Both the position numbers and the translations under genes were made by a program. Under the pieces are notes generated by a model. That model was given only the letters and a program-made list of their open reading frames with translations, searched no databases and was not told where the DNA came from. This document shows, piece after piece, positions 53,615-64,000 of a stretch of DNA of 64,000 nucleotides. Numbering within the stretch: the stretch's first letter is position 1; the number at the start of each line of letters is the position of its first letter. Origin of the DNA: the human T2T-CHM13v2.0 reference genome, Homo sapiens; NCBI RefSeq assembly GCF_009914755.1, contig NC_060934.1; one strand, written 5' to 3'.

Positions 53615-55239
53615 CCTTACACTACCTTGACTTTGCCTTCCCCTCAACTTCATTACCTTCCTCAGCCCCATCTTCCATTTTCTCTCTTCCTTCTCTTTTC
53701 AGCACCATGCATTTGCTCCTGTCCTTCAGCTTTCTTCTCTGATAGGACCTCCTCAAAGTGTCCTCGCTGACCCCTACAATATCAACCCCCAACCTTGTCA
53801 CGCTTTAATCCCTTCTTTGTAGCACTCCTTTCCACTAGAAATTATATTCCAGACTTCATTCCTTTATGGGTCTCTGGTCTTCTCCCATGTTAGGGGCTAT
53901 GAAGTCTTGGAATTGGGGTTGAGAGACCTAGAGTGGCCTCCGTACCTTGATAATCTTCTCTTACTGTCTGTGCCTTTTGTGTCTCTCATTCCAAGCTAAC
54001 CAGTTTCCTTTTGGGGAGGAAATTTTTAATTTTTTTTGGCCTCAGCTCTAAAGAGAATATATTTCCATGAGATTTTCAAAATTGCTTTATGAATGAGGAT
54101 TTTAATTTTTGCATCTGAGGGTCAAGGACAATAGTTGTGTTATTATGCCTTGTGGTTTTCTTTTAACACTTCAAGCAAATTCCGGTCATCCCTAGGAGGC
54201 ATACTTTGAACATCTCTGCAGTCCCCAAGGAGAACAATCTTCTGTAACTTTGAAGCCAAATAGGATTTCTGAAAAGGAAGTTACAGTCAATTGAGAAATC
54301 TCAGTGGAGCGTGAAGAGCCGAGGGATCCTGTGGTGGGGCTGCAGCTGGGACTGTCCAGGGTAGAAGTGCCCTTCCTGGCAGAGGGAGACCCCACAGGCA
54401 GCATGGCGGGCTTGCCGGAGGCTGGCTGGGCCTTGGACATGACTGCATCCAGAAACTACAGCCCAGAAAACGCAAGCGTGCCTTCCTCATCATTGCTGTG
54501 GGCTTGACCATTCTCTAATGAGTTTAGGTGATTGAAGCAGGGCAGACAAGCAAAGCAAAAACAAAATGAGACTCCACTCACCTATTCCTTAACCGACATG
54601 CTCTGGAATATGGCAGAAACAGAGTCAAGGGCAATGAAAGTTTGGGGGCTGGCATCTGTAGAGAAGGGTGGTCTCCAGAGCTCCGGCCCAGTCTTCCCAG
54701 AAGTAACTCTTTGGCTCCTTCCTACTCTGCCTGGCTGCAAGGAATGAAATGCAGGGGTGTCAAGAGGTCGACTGCCTCCTGGGCTTGGCCTGCTGCCTGC
54801 CTGCTTATGTGACCTCCTGCCACTTACCCTTGGCTGCCTGCTCAGGTGCTGGTCTCCTGTGTTCTGCTGTGCCTTACCCCTTGTGACCTCCTGCTACCCC
54901 CAGTTGATTACATCCCAGCTTAGCTTAGCATTCCAGGTCATTTGCAGTCTGTGCCCAAGAGCATCTTCCCTTTCTCTCATACATGGGTCTACCCTGGGTT
55001 TAACTAGTTGGGCATCCAGCTGTTTCTCAGAGTCCAGCACTTTCCTACTCCCTGCATTGGGTCTTATGCTTGCCATATTCCTGGTGTCTGCTACTTCTGC
55101 CTACAGAAGCTATCCATCCTCCCAGGCCTAATCCCATGTCACCTCCCTGGTGATGTTCCTTTGGTTTTCCTGAGCCCCATGCACGCATTGGTGTCTCTAC
55201 CATGACTTGCACCTGGAGCTGCAGCCGCTCATGACTTCT

Positions 55240-55370
55240 CTCTTTCTAGAGCCTCTGTGGAACCAGGGACATGGCTTGTTCATCTTTATTCAACTCTGTC
55301 TGCTGCTGCCCCAGCACGGAACCTGATGTAGAAGATGGATGAGTAAGTGCTTATCAAATGAATAAATGTT
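55240..55370 (+). mobile_element. L2 3' end
   Basis: cagggacatggcttgttcatctttatt...cccagcacggaacctga...aaatgaataaatg. Confidence 0.6.
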
Positions 55371-55562
55371 CTAAGAACAGGAGCTGGTAATCTAATTCAC
55401 ACCGAAATGTAAATGACTAATAAGGTTTCATGTGTGGTCTTCCCACCAGGCTTGGCATCCCTGAGGTGGGGGTGAAGGTGGCATAAAATTGGATGAGGTG
55501 GGGGGTTGAGAATCTAAACCAGGGAAGGCACTCGGTTCGGCTGTGTTTCCTGGGCAGGCCTG

Positions 55563-55643
55563 ACCGATTGGGGCCATTCAATGGGGTCACTGAATTAGTT
55601 ATTGACTGGGTTCATTGATTGGGGTCATTGATTGAGGTTATCA
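55563..55643. repeat. Degenerate 13-bp minisatellite (ATTGATTGGGGTC), ~6 copies
   Basis: Units visible directly. Confidence 0.8.
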
Positions 55644-56521
55644 CCCCAGAGCATTGCACTGGGGGACTGAGAGGCTCTGCCAGGCCTGCTCCAAGCAGAG
55701 CACTCATGCGCATTCACATCCCTGGCAAAGGCATGAGCCTCTGGGAGGAAGGGGCAGACCCAGTTTCGGGGATCAGAAGAGCAAGGACTTCGAAGAAGGC
55801 AGGCACACCTGCCTACACCCCTGACAGCCTCCCTCAGTGGCCCTCTGATGCCCTTAAGTGTACCTGCCAGGTAAGCTGGGTGACTCTGGCCTCTTGCCGG
55901 GGCCACCTGTGCTGCATATGGGAGGCCCCTGGCCATGCCATGAAGCCTGCAACCCTCAGCCTCTGTGCAATCCCAAAGCTCCTCACTCCTTGCCCTGTCG
56001 AGATGGGCAGGAATCAGTCACGGCTCATTTCTGTGTCCTGCTGCCTGGGCCCTGGACCATGCCAGCTGTGTCCCAACCACAGAGATGCCTAGACCCAGAC
56101 ACACTTGGGGGTCCTCCCTCACTCCAGCCTCCTCTCTGAAGGGGGCTGAACAGAGAAGCCTCCAGGGCCACAACTTGTTTCTTGGAAAGCTTACTTGGAC
56201 ATGGTTCTGACACTGGGCCGGGCGGTTGGCAGGGTGCCTGGCTCCTGTTCCCAGCTCAGGCTGTGGCTTTGCCAAGCACCTTGCCCACAAGAGTTTGTGA
56301 AGAAAGGCCCAGCAGGTCCCTGGATGCTCTCAAAGGCTGCCGCTCCTCTCGAGTGGCTGAATACAACAGTTCCCTCCTTGAAGTTCTATTGAACTTCAGG
56401 AGCCGGCTGTGCAGAGGAAAGAAAAGAACTGTCACTGAAATCACAGAGGGGGCAGGACAGCAGGGAGGTGAAGGAATCCGATGAATAGGAGGGCCACGGC
56501 AGCCAGGTGTGGAGTGGCTGG

Positions 56522-56770
56522 TGAGACCAGCCTGGCAACAAAGTGAGAACCTATCTCTACAAAATTTTTTTAAAATGTGTTGGGCATTATGGCGCATGCC
56601 ATAGTGGTGGCCATAGTGGTGCCTGTGGTTCCAGCAATCTTGGGGGGCTGAGGTGGGAAGATCACTTGAGCCCAGGAGGTTGAAACAGAAGTGAGCTGTG
56701 ATCATGCCACTGTGCTCCAGCCTGGGCAACACAGCAAGGCTCTGTCTCAAAAAGTAAAAATAAAAATAAA
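56522..56770 (+). mobile_element. 5'-truncated AluJ with an internal 12-bp duplication
   Basis: gaggtgggaagatcacttgagcccagga, gagctgtgatcatgccactg; gccatagtggtg present twice. Confidence 0.9.
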
Positions 56771-58981
56771 TGTTTTAAATAAAATACATTTTCAAGTTCT
56801 CCCTATAACATGCATTTTCTATTCACTCAGTAGTTTTTAAATCTGTTGGGTTAATAAATGGTAGAGTGTAGCTGTGTGGATGTCTTCACCTTGCTGAGCC
56901 CTGAGGTGTTTTTCCTGTTGGATAAGGGTAACAACACCAGCTCTACAAGATCTGAGTGGATTGAAAACACACAAGAGTTGTCCCATATCCATCCACATCC
57001 ATAACCACATCAGTCTACGCTACACACTGCTCACAGCTGAGACCCTGGTCTGTCTCTGTAGTACATATTTATGTATTTATTCCTGCCTAGCATGCACTTC
57101 TCCTCCCAATAACACCTCAATGTCTTTATGGAGAATTCTTTGCCTGGTGGGGATTTGAGGAGGTCAACACCAGTTGCCTGCCTTCACCTGGGGCAACAGC
57201 ACTGCTTTCTGAACGCTTCTAACTGGTTTGTTGAGGGAGCTGAGGATTTTCCTAAAATTGTCACCCTTATAAGAGTCTCCGTTGGACATTTTTTCCCCCA
57301 TATGTGAGAAAGTTGTGGCATTTCCATTAGCACTGTGGAAATGGCTGAGACCCAGGAGCGTCCATGGGTGTGTCACATGTCACCTTGACCTGCCAGGGAG
57401 GCCCTGGAAGAAAGCAATGCCTCTGGGTTGTCATGGGTCTCGGGGAGGCAGGTTAAAGGTCTAGAAGGCTTTGCAGAAAGGAACTACCTCCATCCTGAGT
57501 GGCTGGGCTCTGATGCTGTTCAGGCAGGAAGTTCACTTCTGCGACCTATCTATATGAATTTCGCTAAGGGACATAAATAATGGTTCCTGCCAGGACAAAA
57601 GGCCAGCCTGTTAAAAACCACAAGCAGAAAGCCCACCGGTGCAGTGTTGGGGCCGTGGAGAGGGAGGAGTGCAGCTCTTCATGAGAGAAAGAGAGAGATC
57701 GAGGTCTTGTTGGTTTCCCCCACCCTTGCGCCACGTTCATCTGTCGGGTTCTTGTACCACTAGGTATTTCTCTGAGCCTCTCTCCTCATCTAGAAGGCAG
57801 GGCATGATATTTGCCTCTTATAATTGTCATAGAGATTAAAATAATGTGAAACCATGTGTCAGAACTGCCTGAGACACGGTGGGCACTTGATAAACGTGGT
57901 CTCCTTGGCCGTGGGGTGGATTTCAGCAGAGGAAGAAAGGAAGGACCCAGCATGGAGGAGGTTTGTGGCCTCTGCTATGAGCGGGGGACAGAAATAGCAG
58001 GCAGGAGAGAGAGAATTTGTGGAAAGGACCGTAGTGAGGGCAGGAAACCCAGCTGTAGAATCACAGGATTTGAACCACAGTGTGAGGACTACCCAAGACC
58101 ATGGCTGGGCACCTGTACAGCACCCCATCCTTCCAGGGGGCTCCCGTCGCCAGGGTTGATGCCCGTTTGTTCGAGGAGCGTGTGGGATGCACACTGTGGA
58201 CATGCATGAGTGGATGTGAGAGGTGGTGGTCAAAATAACTCACACTTGAAAGTCTGTCCCCTCATGAGTTGTTTCTCTCAAACTCAACCGCCCAGCAAAT
58301 TTAATTTCCAAGTCTATCCGTGTTATGATTATGTTATTTTCAAGTCATCTCTTTTCCCGAAAGTCCCCACGAAAGAAGGCTAAGTGGATGCAGTTTGTTG
58401 TAGAAAGAACACTCAAAGCCAGGCGAAGCCTTCTGTTCCCAGGTGAGGGGCCAAGGCGAGGATGGCCGTCCGTAATGAGGTCTGCCATGCCACGCCTGCC
58501 TGGTGAGAGGAAGGGTGCTCAGAGGGTCCTCAACCCGTCAGCTCCGGACCAGGCAAGATCCCGAGGATGTAGGAGTCAGGCGGGCTCCTCCTCCTGCTTG
58601 CCCTCTGCCCTTCGCCCTACTCTCAGGAGGCAGCCGCCTACCCTCCATCAACCTCGGGTCTCACTCCCAGTGTCTCCATTTCCCTTTCTGGGACACAGGC
58701 CTGGCCAGGCTCCCAGGAGAGAAAAGATGAGTTTCTAATGCAAAACAGGATTTTGTGGAGCCAAGCTTTGAATTTGGAAGCAAGCTGAAATGGAAGCAGC
58801 TTCTGTCTTCCATTAGGCAGAAGCGGGGCTTCCATTTCAGGCTACCGGAGGTGGTACTGGGCTGTTGGATGTGGAGAGGTCCCCTCAGGTCAGCCGGGAA
58901 GGCTTGGGAAGGATAACCGGCAGCTGGCGACCTTTAACTCCCTTGTCCTGGCCCTCTCTCCTCTCTTCCCTTTCATGCTGT

Positions 58982-59497
58982 TGAAAGGTGAGGCCAGCTG
59001 CACTTCCTTGGTCTACTGGGGACTTGGAGAACTTTTCTATCTAGCTAGAGGATTGTAAATGCACCAATGAGCGCTCTGTGTCTAGCTAAAGGATTGTCAA
59101 TGCACCAATCAGCACTCTGTGTCTAGCTAGAGAATTGTAAGTGGACTGATCAGCACTCTGTAAAATGGACCAATCAGCACTCTGTAAAATGGACCAATCA
59201 GCACTCTGTAAAGTGCACCAATCATCAATCTGTAAAGTGGACCAATCAGCAATCTGTAAAATGGACCAATCACTAGGACGTGGGTGGGGACAAATAAGGG
59301 AATAAAAGCTGTACCCGCCCCACTCCCACACCAGCCAGCAGCGGTAAGCTGCTAGGATTGTTTCTTACGCTGTGGGAGCTTTGTTGTTTAGTTCCTCACG
59401 ATATATTTTGCTGCTGCTTACCGTTTGGGTCCATGCCACCTTTAAGAGCTGTAACACTTGGCTTAGGAGCTGTAACACTCACTGCGAAGGTCCCCGG
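58982..59497 (+). mobile_element. LTR12 ERV9 LTR, 3'-truncated
   Basis: tgaaaggtgaggccagctg; seven CCAAT boxes between 59064 and 59270; GGGTGGGG and AATAAA at 59301; ends abruptly at an Alu poly-T. Confidence 0.93.
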
Positions 59498-59808
59498 TTT
59501 TTTTTTTTTCTTTTGAGACAAGATCTTACTCTGCCACCCAGGCTGGAGTGCACTGGTGCAATATTGGCTCACTGTGATTTTCGCTTCTCCCGTTCAAGCT
59601 ATTTGCTGACGTCAGCCTCCTGCGTAGCTGGGATTACAAGTGTGGTGTGCGCCACGATGCTGGGCTAATTTTTGTATTGTTAGTAGAGACGAGGTGTCAC
59701 TGTGTTGGCCAGGCTGGTCTCAAAACTCTGGACCTCAACTGATCTTACCACCTTGGCCTCCCGAAGTGCTGGTGCTGGGATTACAGGCAGAAACTACTGT
59801 GCCTGGCT
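59498..59808 (-). mobile_element. Diverged Alu (S/J)
   Basis: Full dimer in antisense orientation. Confidence 0.93.
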
Positions 59809-60279
59809 AAAACATCAATGCACTCAACAAGTATGATTAAAAGCTCAAATGTCTTATAAATATGGTTTAGAAGGCAAGTGATCTCTCTGCTATAAAGAAA
59901 AATGAAAAGGTAATCAGATTCTCCAGACAAAACAAAAAACTGTAAAAGTTATGGTACAAACACACAACAAGCTAATCTTGGTATAATCTTGTGTAATCAA
60001 TAGCATTTAAGAAGGGAATAGGTTTGACTTTAAACTTTGGAATACTATCTATAGAACAGCAAACATTCACCGACCTAGGAAAATAAGCTTATTTTTAAGC
60101 ACGTTTCTCTAATAAAAATGACTAATTATACCATAGGAAATTGCCATAATTTTCATATGATTCAACTTAACACATCATCACACTAACAAAAATGCTAGTC
60201 ATTTGTGTTTGATTTTCAGAATCAACATACAAATCAATCACGAAAGATGTATTTGCAGAGCAAGGCATAAGTGATAAAA

Positions 60280-61035
60280 CTTTTCAAAATCTAAAAGGCA
60301 TGCTGTGTTTAGGAGAGGCACAAAGAAGTTCAGGGGCACCGAATTACATAGTGAGGAATCACAAGATACTGATTATATTTATTTTATGGAGCAAGAAACA
60401 TTGTGGATATTATAAGAGAAAACAAATGGGTAAATACACTAATATTGAGAACTAAGACTTTCATTATAAGGAAAAGAAGGTACAAGTAAAAGCTAAAAGG
60501 AAAAACCCTATTTTATTAAATTTGAATTAGAAATATCACTATAAATTCATGATTTTAGGTATATCCCTTTCACTCATCCATCCACACCTCCAAGTTCTGC
60601 CTACCAAAAAGACAAATAACAGCAGCAATGAGTCTATCTAGTAACCCAAATCTTGGTTTCCAAATACCATTTTTCACTGAAATGAGTCAGATATTCTTGG
60701 AGAAATCGATAATTATAGGCCTGGAGAAAGAAAATAAGTCTGGAGCACTTTGTTATGTCAGAAAGTAAGAAAGTGCTTGAATAATACTGGAAATACGTCA
60801 AAAGAATACAGAAGCCAGCCTTAAGGCAGTCCCATTGACCATATTTCAGATAATTTATGTATCAAGAAGTGTAACAATGAAAAAATATATGTGTGAATCT
60901 GTAGTAATAAAAGATTTTGCTTATATCTACAAAAATAGACATGGATAGTAGTTCCATGCAATTGTTCCAAACTGGAAATAATCCCAATGTCATCAACAAT
61001 AGAATGGATAAATAATTGAGACACACTCATATAAT
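60280..61035 (+). mobile_element. L1MC4-type 3' region plus an older L1 fragment
   Basis: atcttggtttccaaataccattt...tgtcagaaagtaagaaagtgct...aaactggaaataatcccaatgtcatcaacaatagaatggataaataa. Confidence 0.7.
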
Positions 61036-61256
61036 GAGTGCCGAATAGCCTTGCTGTCACCTTTTGCATTAGCCCATAGTTCTCTCCCAGGGGTAGCTTC
61101 TTGCAAAACCAGGGAGAAGTCACCCCCACGTTAGCTAGCAACCATCCCCACCTCTCCTGCTGAGTGCTCCTGGATGCTCTGGCGAATGCATCTCTGCCCT
61201 CCACCAGCATTGATGGACCAGACAAAAGAATAATAGATTATACATATCAGCTAGGT

Positions 61257-61380
61257 CTGTGGTTCTTAATTCTTGCCCTGTATTAGAATCACACTAACAT
61301 CCAAGCCTTACCTCCAAGACTCTGATTCAACATTTAAAAATTACCCCCAAAGGAGTCTAACGTTCAGCCAGAATGAACTA
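61257..61380. mobile_element. MER5-type DNA transposon fragment
   Basis: gtggttcttaa...tattagaatcac...tctgattcaa...tctaacgttcagccag. Confidence 0.6.
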
Positions 61381-62559
61381 GGAAAAAATGTGACAAAGTC
61401 TGAGATAACAGAGTTCAATTTGTGCAGTCTCGATAGACTGGCTATTGAGTGTGGCTATAGACTGTGGTTAAATGTGGCACTGTTTAACCCTGGACATGGC
61501 GGAGAGGAAATAATAACCAGGACAATGTGGAGTCCAAAATACCTTTCACCAATTCCAGTTAAACTTTCCACAATAACATTGATTAATGTTGTGTGTTCAA
61601 TGACAATATCAATAATAGAGTCTATCAATCACTCTATTGATTAATATAATTCTACTGATAATAGAATCAATAACTATTCATTGATTGCTTGCAATGTGTC
61701 GGCCACTGTTTAAATATTTGACTTGTATTTTCTCCTTGTGTCAAATCCAGTTTCAAATGAAGCCCCCTCAGCAATAGGTTAACATTTGTACTAGGTTGAA
61801 TTATTGGAACTTATTGCCATTTGACCATTTTTGTCCTGCTAAACGGTACTTTCACATGGTTCAATCTGATCCCACATTGCATGGCAGTACCAGCCTTAGC
61901 AGTGCCCAGAAGCTCACGGGAGCTGAGAAAGAGGCCGCGTGGTCAGAGGCAGGGAGAGGGGGCTCAGACCCAACCTGCAACACTAGAGCACCGTCTGCTA
62001 AACAGGAACATGGGGACTTTGGATCCTCATCCCCTAAAGTCGTTTTCAGGCCCCTGAACTACACCAACAGGAGGTGTGCAGGTTCCTAAAAGAAGAAGGG
62101 GACTCCCCATTTCAGAAGAGCCCATGGAGAGGTGCCAGGGATCACAAAGACCATGGACGAGGGGGACCCCACCTTGCCATTTAACCTGGAATTGACTCCG
62201 GTGCCAGAGAAGGGATTCGAATTTCCGATAAGCAGGATTTGATCATCGCTATGGACAGCAGTGGTTCAGAAGTTTTCCTGAGAGTTTTTGTTGGGGTTGT
62301 CCTGTCCCTTCCCTGTCCTTTATATGGAGGGTGCTGGGTGAGATGACTTGTCCTTAGGTGTATGGCTCACAAGGCCACCAGGTGAGCTGGAGAAGATGGC
62401 CACGTGATACCTGAGGGAGGGAGCCGCCCATCATGCAGATCAGGCCTTTGGGTTGGCTGTGGCAGCTGATGGCACTTGGGGATGGTGTCCCTGGAGGATG
62501 TGAGGCGTGTGTCCGGTGGGTAGGAACAGCCTGTGTGAACGTCGGGCAGCTGAAAAAGT

Positions 62560-62800
62560 GGAGGCGGCAGAGGCTGCTCTGTCAGTGCCTGCCTCTTGCT
62601 TCCTAACAGCACCCCTATTTTTATCTGGGACAGTGATGTGCCCAGCTGAGAGACTACATTTTCTGACCTTCACTGCAGCCAGGAGTAGTAAAGAAGATGG
62701 ACGCATGAACCACTGCGAGGGGCTCTGTGGATGCTTTTTGCTGTGGAAAGTAGACTGTTGTGTCCTCCCCTTTCCTCCTTCCTGGCACCAGTGAGGTGAT
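62560..62800 (+). mobile_element. MLT1I/J-type LTR fragment
   Basis: ttcctaacagcacccctattttt...atgtgcccagctgagagactacattttc. Confidence 0.55.
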
Positions 62801-63364
62801 CCAAGGCCCTGTTTTCAGGCCACCATGGCTCTGAAAGCCTTTCGCAAGTGTATGTGTGGACCCTCTTCTCATGAGCACGTTCTCTCTCAGGAGATGCCCA
62901 TTGTCCTGAAGTGCCTAGGATCTCCTGCAGGCCCACCCCTGGGCTTCCCTCCACACATCGTCTTCGTCTTATCTAAATCCTGGTTGGGTGCTGCATGAGG
63001 CTCAAGCTCGGGAGCCCTTCAGATGGGCCCAAAATGACAAAGGAGCACATTTGGTAACAGCAAGGTAGCAGGCTAGAGTCCAGCATCCTTGCCCCAGCAC
63101 AGAAGTCCTTTCCCTCCCTGCCCACAGTATTTGGGACCATCACCCCCAAGACTCTAGGTTGTAAGAGAGAACATTTTACCACTAAAGACCAAGACCCAGA
63201 CCCTGGCTGAGTCAGACCTTCCATCTGAGAGAAGGGCAGAGCCAGTTGCTGAACATGTAAGATGTTTCTCCAGCCGTGATGCTGGGAGCTGAGAGAAACA
63301 CTTTCCTAGGCAATGTGGTAACAAAGAGAGCCAGAAACCTCCATTTCCCTCCAAGGTGCCCCAC

Positions 63365-63480
63365 CCATTCATTCCTTTACTCCAGTAGCTTTACCAGAAC
63401 ATTTTGTGCTGGGCACCAGTCTAGGTCCTGGGCACAAGGAGAAGTCAAATACTGCCCCATCCCAGTTCTTTGAAAAACAG
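63365..63480 (-). mobile_element. L2 3' end
   Basis: cattcattc...gggcaccagtctaggtcctggg. Confidence 0.5.
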
Positions 63481-63698
63481 CAGCAAAGGGAGCATAACTG
63501 GTAAGTCTAAGCAAGGAAGTCAACAGGCACAGGGAAGAATTGTACAAACACAGACAATTAGGAATGAGATTATTTTTAGAAGTAAAAGAGAAAACTATAA
63601 CTCTATGTTAACAAATTTGTATATCATAATAAAAAGGAAGAATTCACAGGAAAAAATAAACTTCCAAAATATATGTATATTTTTGATATATATGTATT

Positions 63699-64000
63699 TG
63701 TTGTGATCTGAATTTTTATGTCCCTCCAAAATGCAGATGTTGAAATCTAATCCCCAGTGTGTTGGTATTAGTTGGAGCCTTTGGGCTCCAACTGATTCGG
63801 TTGTGATTCGGTTATGAGGGTAGAGTCCTCGTGAATGAGGTTAGTGCCCTTATGAAATAGGCTTGAGGGAGTTGGCCTCCCTTTCCACCATGTGAGGACA
63901 CATAGAAGGCGCTATCTATAACAAACAGGCCCTCACCGGACACCAAATATGCCAGTGCCTGGATCTTGGAGTTCCCAGCCTCTGGAACTGTGAAAAAATC
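63699..64000 (+). mobile_element. MLT1A0/MSTD-type MaLR LTR, runs off the window end
   Basis: gttgaaatctaatccccagtgtg...ccaccatgtgaggacaca...gccctcacc.gacacc...gatcttgga.ttcccagcctc. Confidence 0.85.

Larger units (their letters stand above)
52530..53900 (+). mobile_element. L2 fragments interrupted by an MLT1-type LTR, an L1PA stub and MER58A
   Basis: atcagcaagtcctgtcatctttaccttgaaaat; actggtctccctgcttc; atcttctaaaacacaaatcacatcac; tcctggcctacaaggc. Confidence 0.65.

Noticed and set aside
54192-54511. Exon-like overlapping ORFs
   Set aside because: No recognisable protein in any frame examined, and stops interrupt the + frame
59060-59275. Regular 24-bp repeats resembling a CRISPR array (also at 45630-45715 and 41780-41920)
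   Set aside because: Head-to-tail LTR12 U3 CCAAT repeats with no unique spacers, in a eukaryotic context
61608-61641. AT-rich imperfect inverted repeat (atcaataatagagt...actctattgat)
   Set aside because: Short, low-complexity and adjacent to a MIR tail; too weak for a pre-miRNA call
62393-62410. Weaker CTCF-like matches (also near 16858 and 46760)
   Set aside because: Mismatches at core positions

Overview
This window is non-coding primate genomic DNA. The AluY-type and LTR12/ERV9 elements point to a catarrhine, probably human or ape, but the exact locus cannot be identified from the sequence alone. I find no supportable protein-coding exon, RNA gene, CRISPR array or clear CpG island; the ORF track is consistent with chance ORFs and repeat translations. 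About 1-25 kb is GC-rich and mostly unique, with MIR/L2/DNA-transposon fossils and one near-consensus CTCF motif at 10979. About 25.7-38.2 kb is an AT-rich pile of nested L1, Alu and LTR elements. About 39-64 kb mixes unique DNA with MaLR LTRs, Alus and three LTR12 LTRs. The most notable non-routine structures are: (i) a ~285-bp copy of nearby unique DNA inserted into an L1MC1 between short duplicated flanks; (ii) a second old local duplication at ~2 kb spacing; (iii) a probable ~1.2-kb inversion splitting an MLT1C-type LTR; (iv) three LTR12 CCAAT-array promoters within 18 kb; (v) a closely spaced inverted Alu pair; and (vi) several motif-dense candidate enhancers. I do not see a new multi-gene biological system. 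Repeat subfamily names come from recalled consensus sequences rather than a database search, and many boundaries are approximate.
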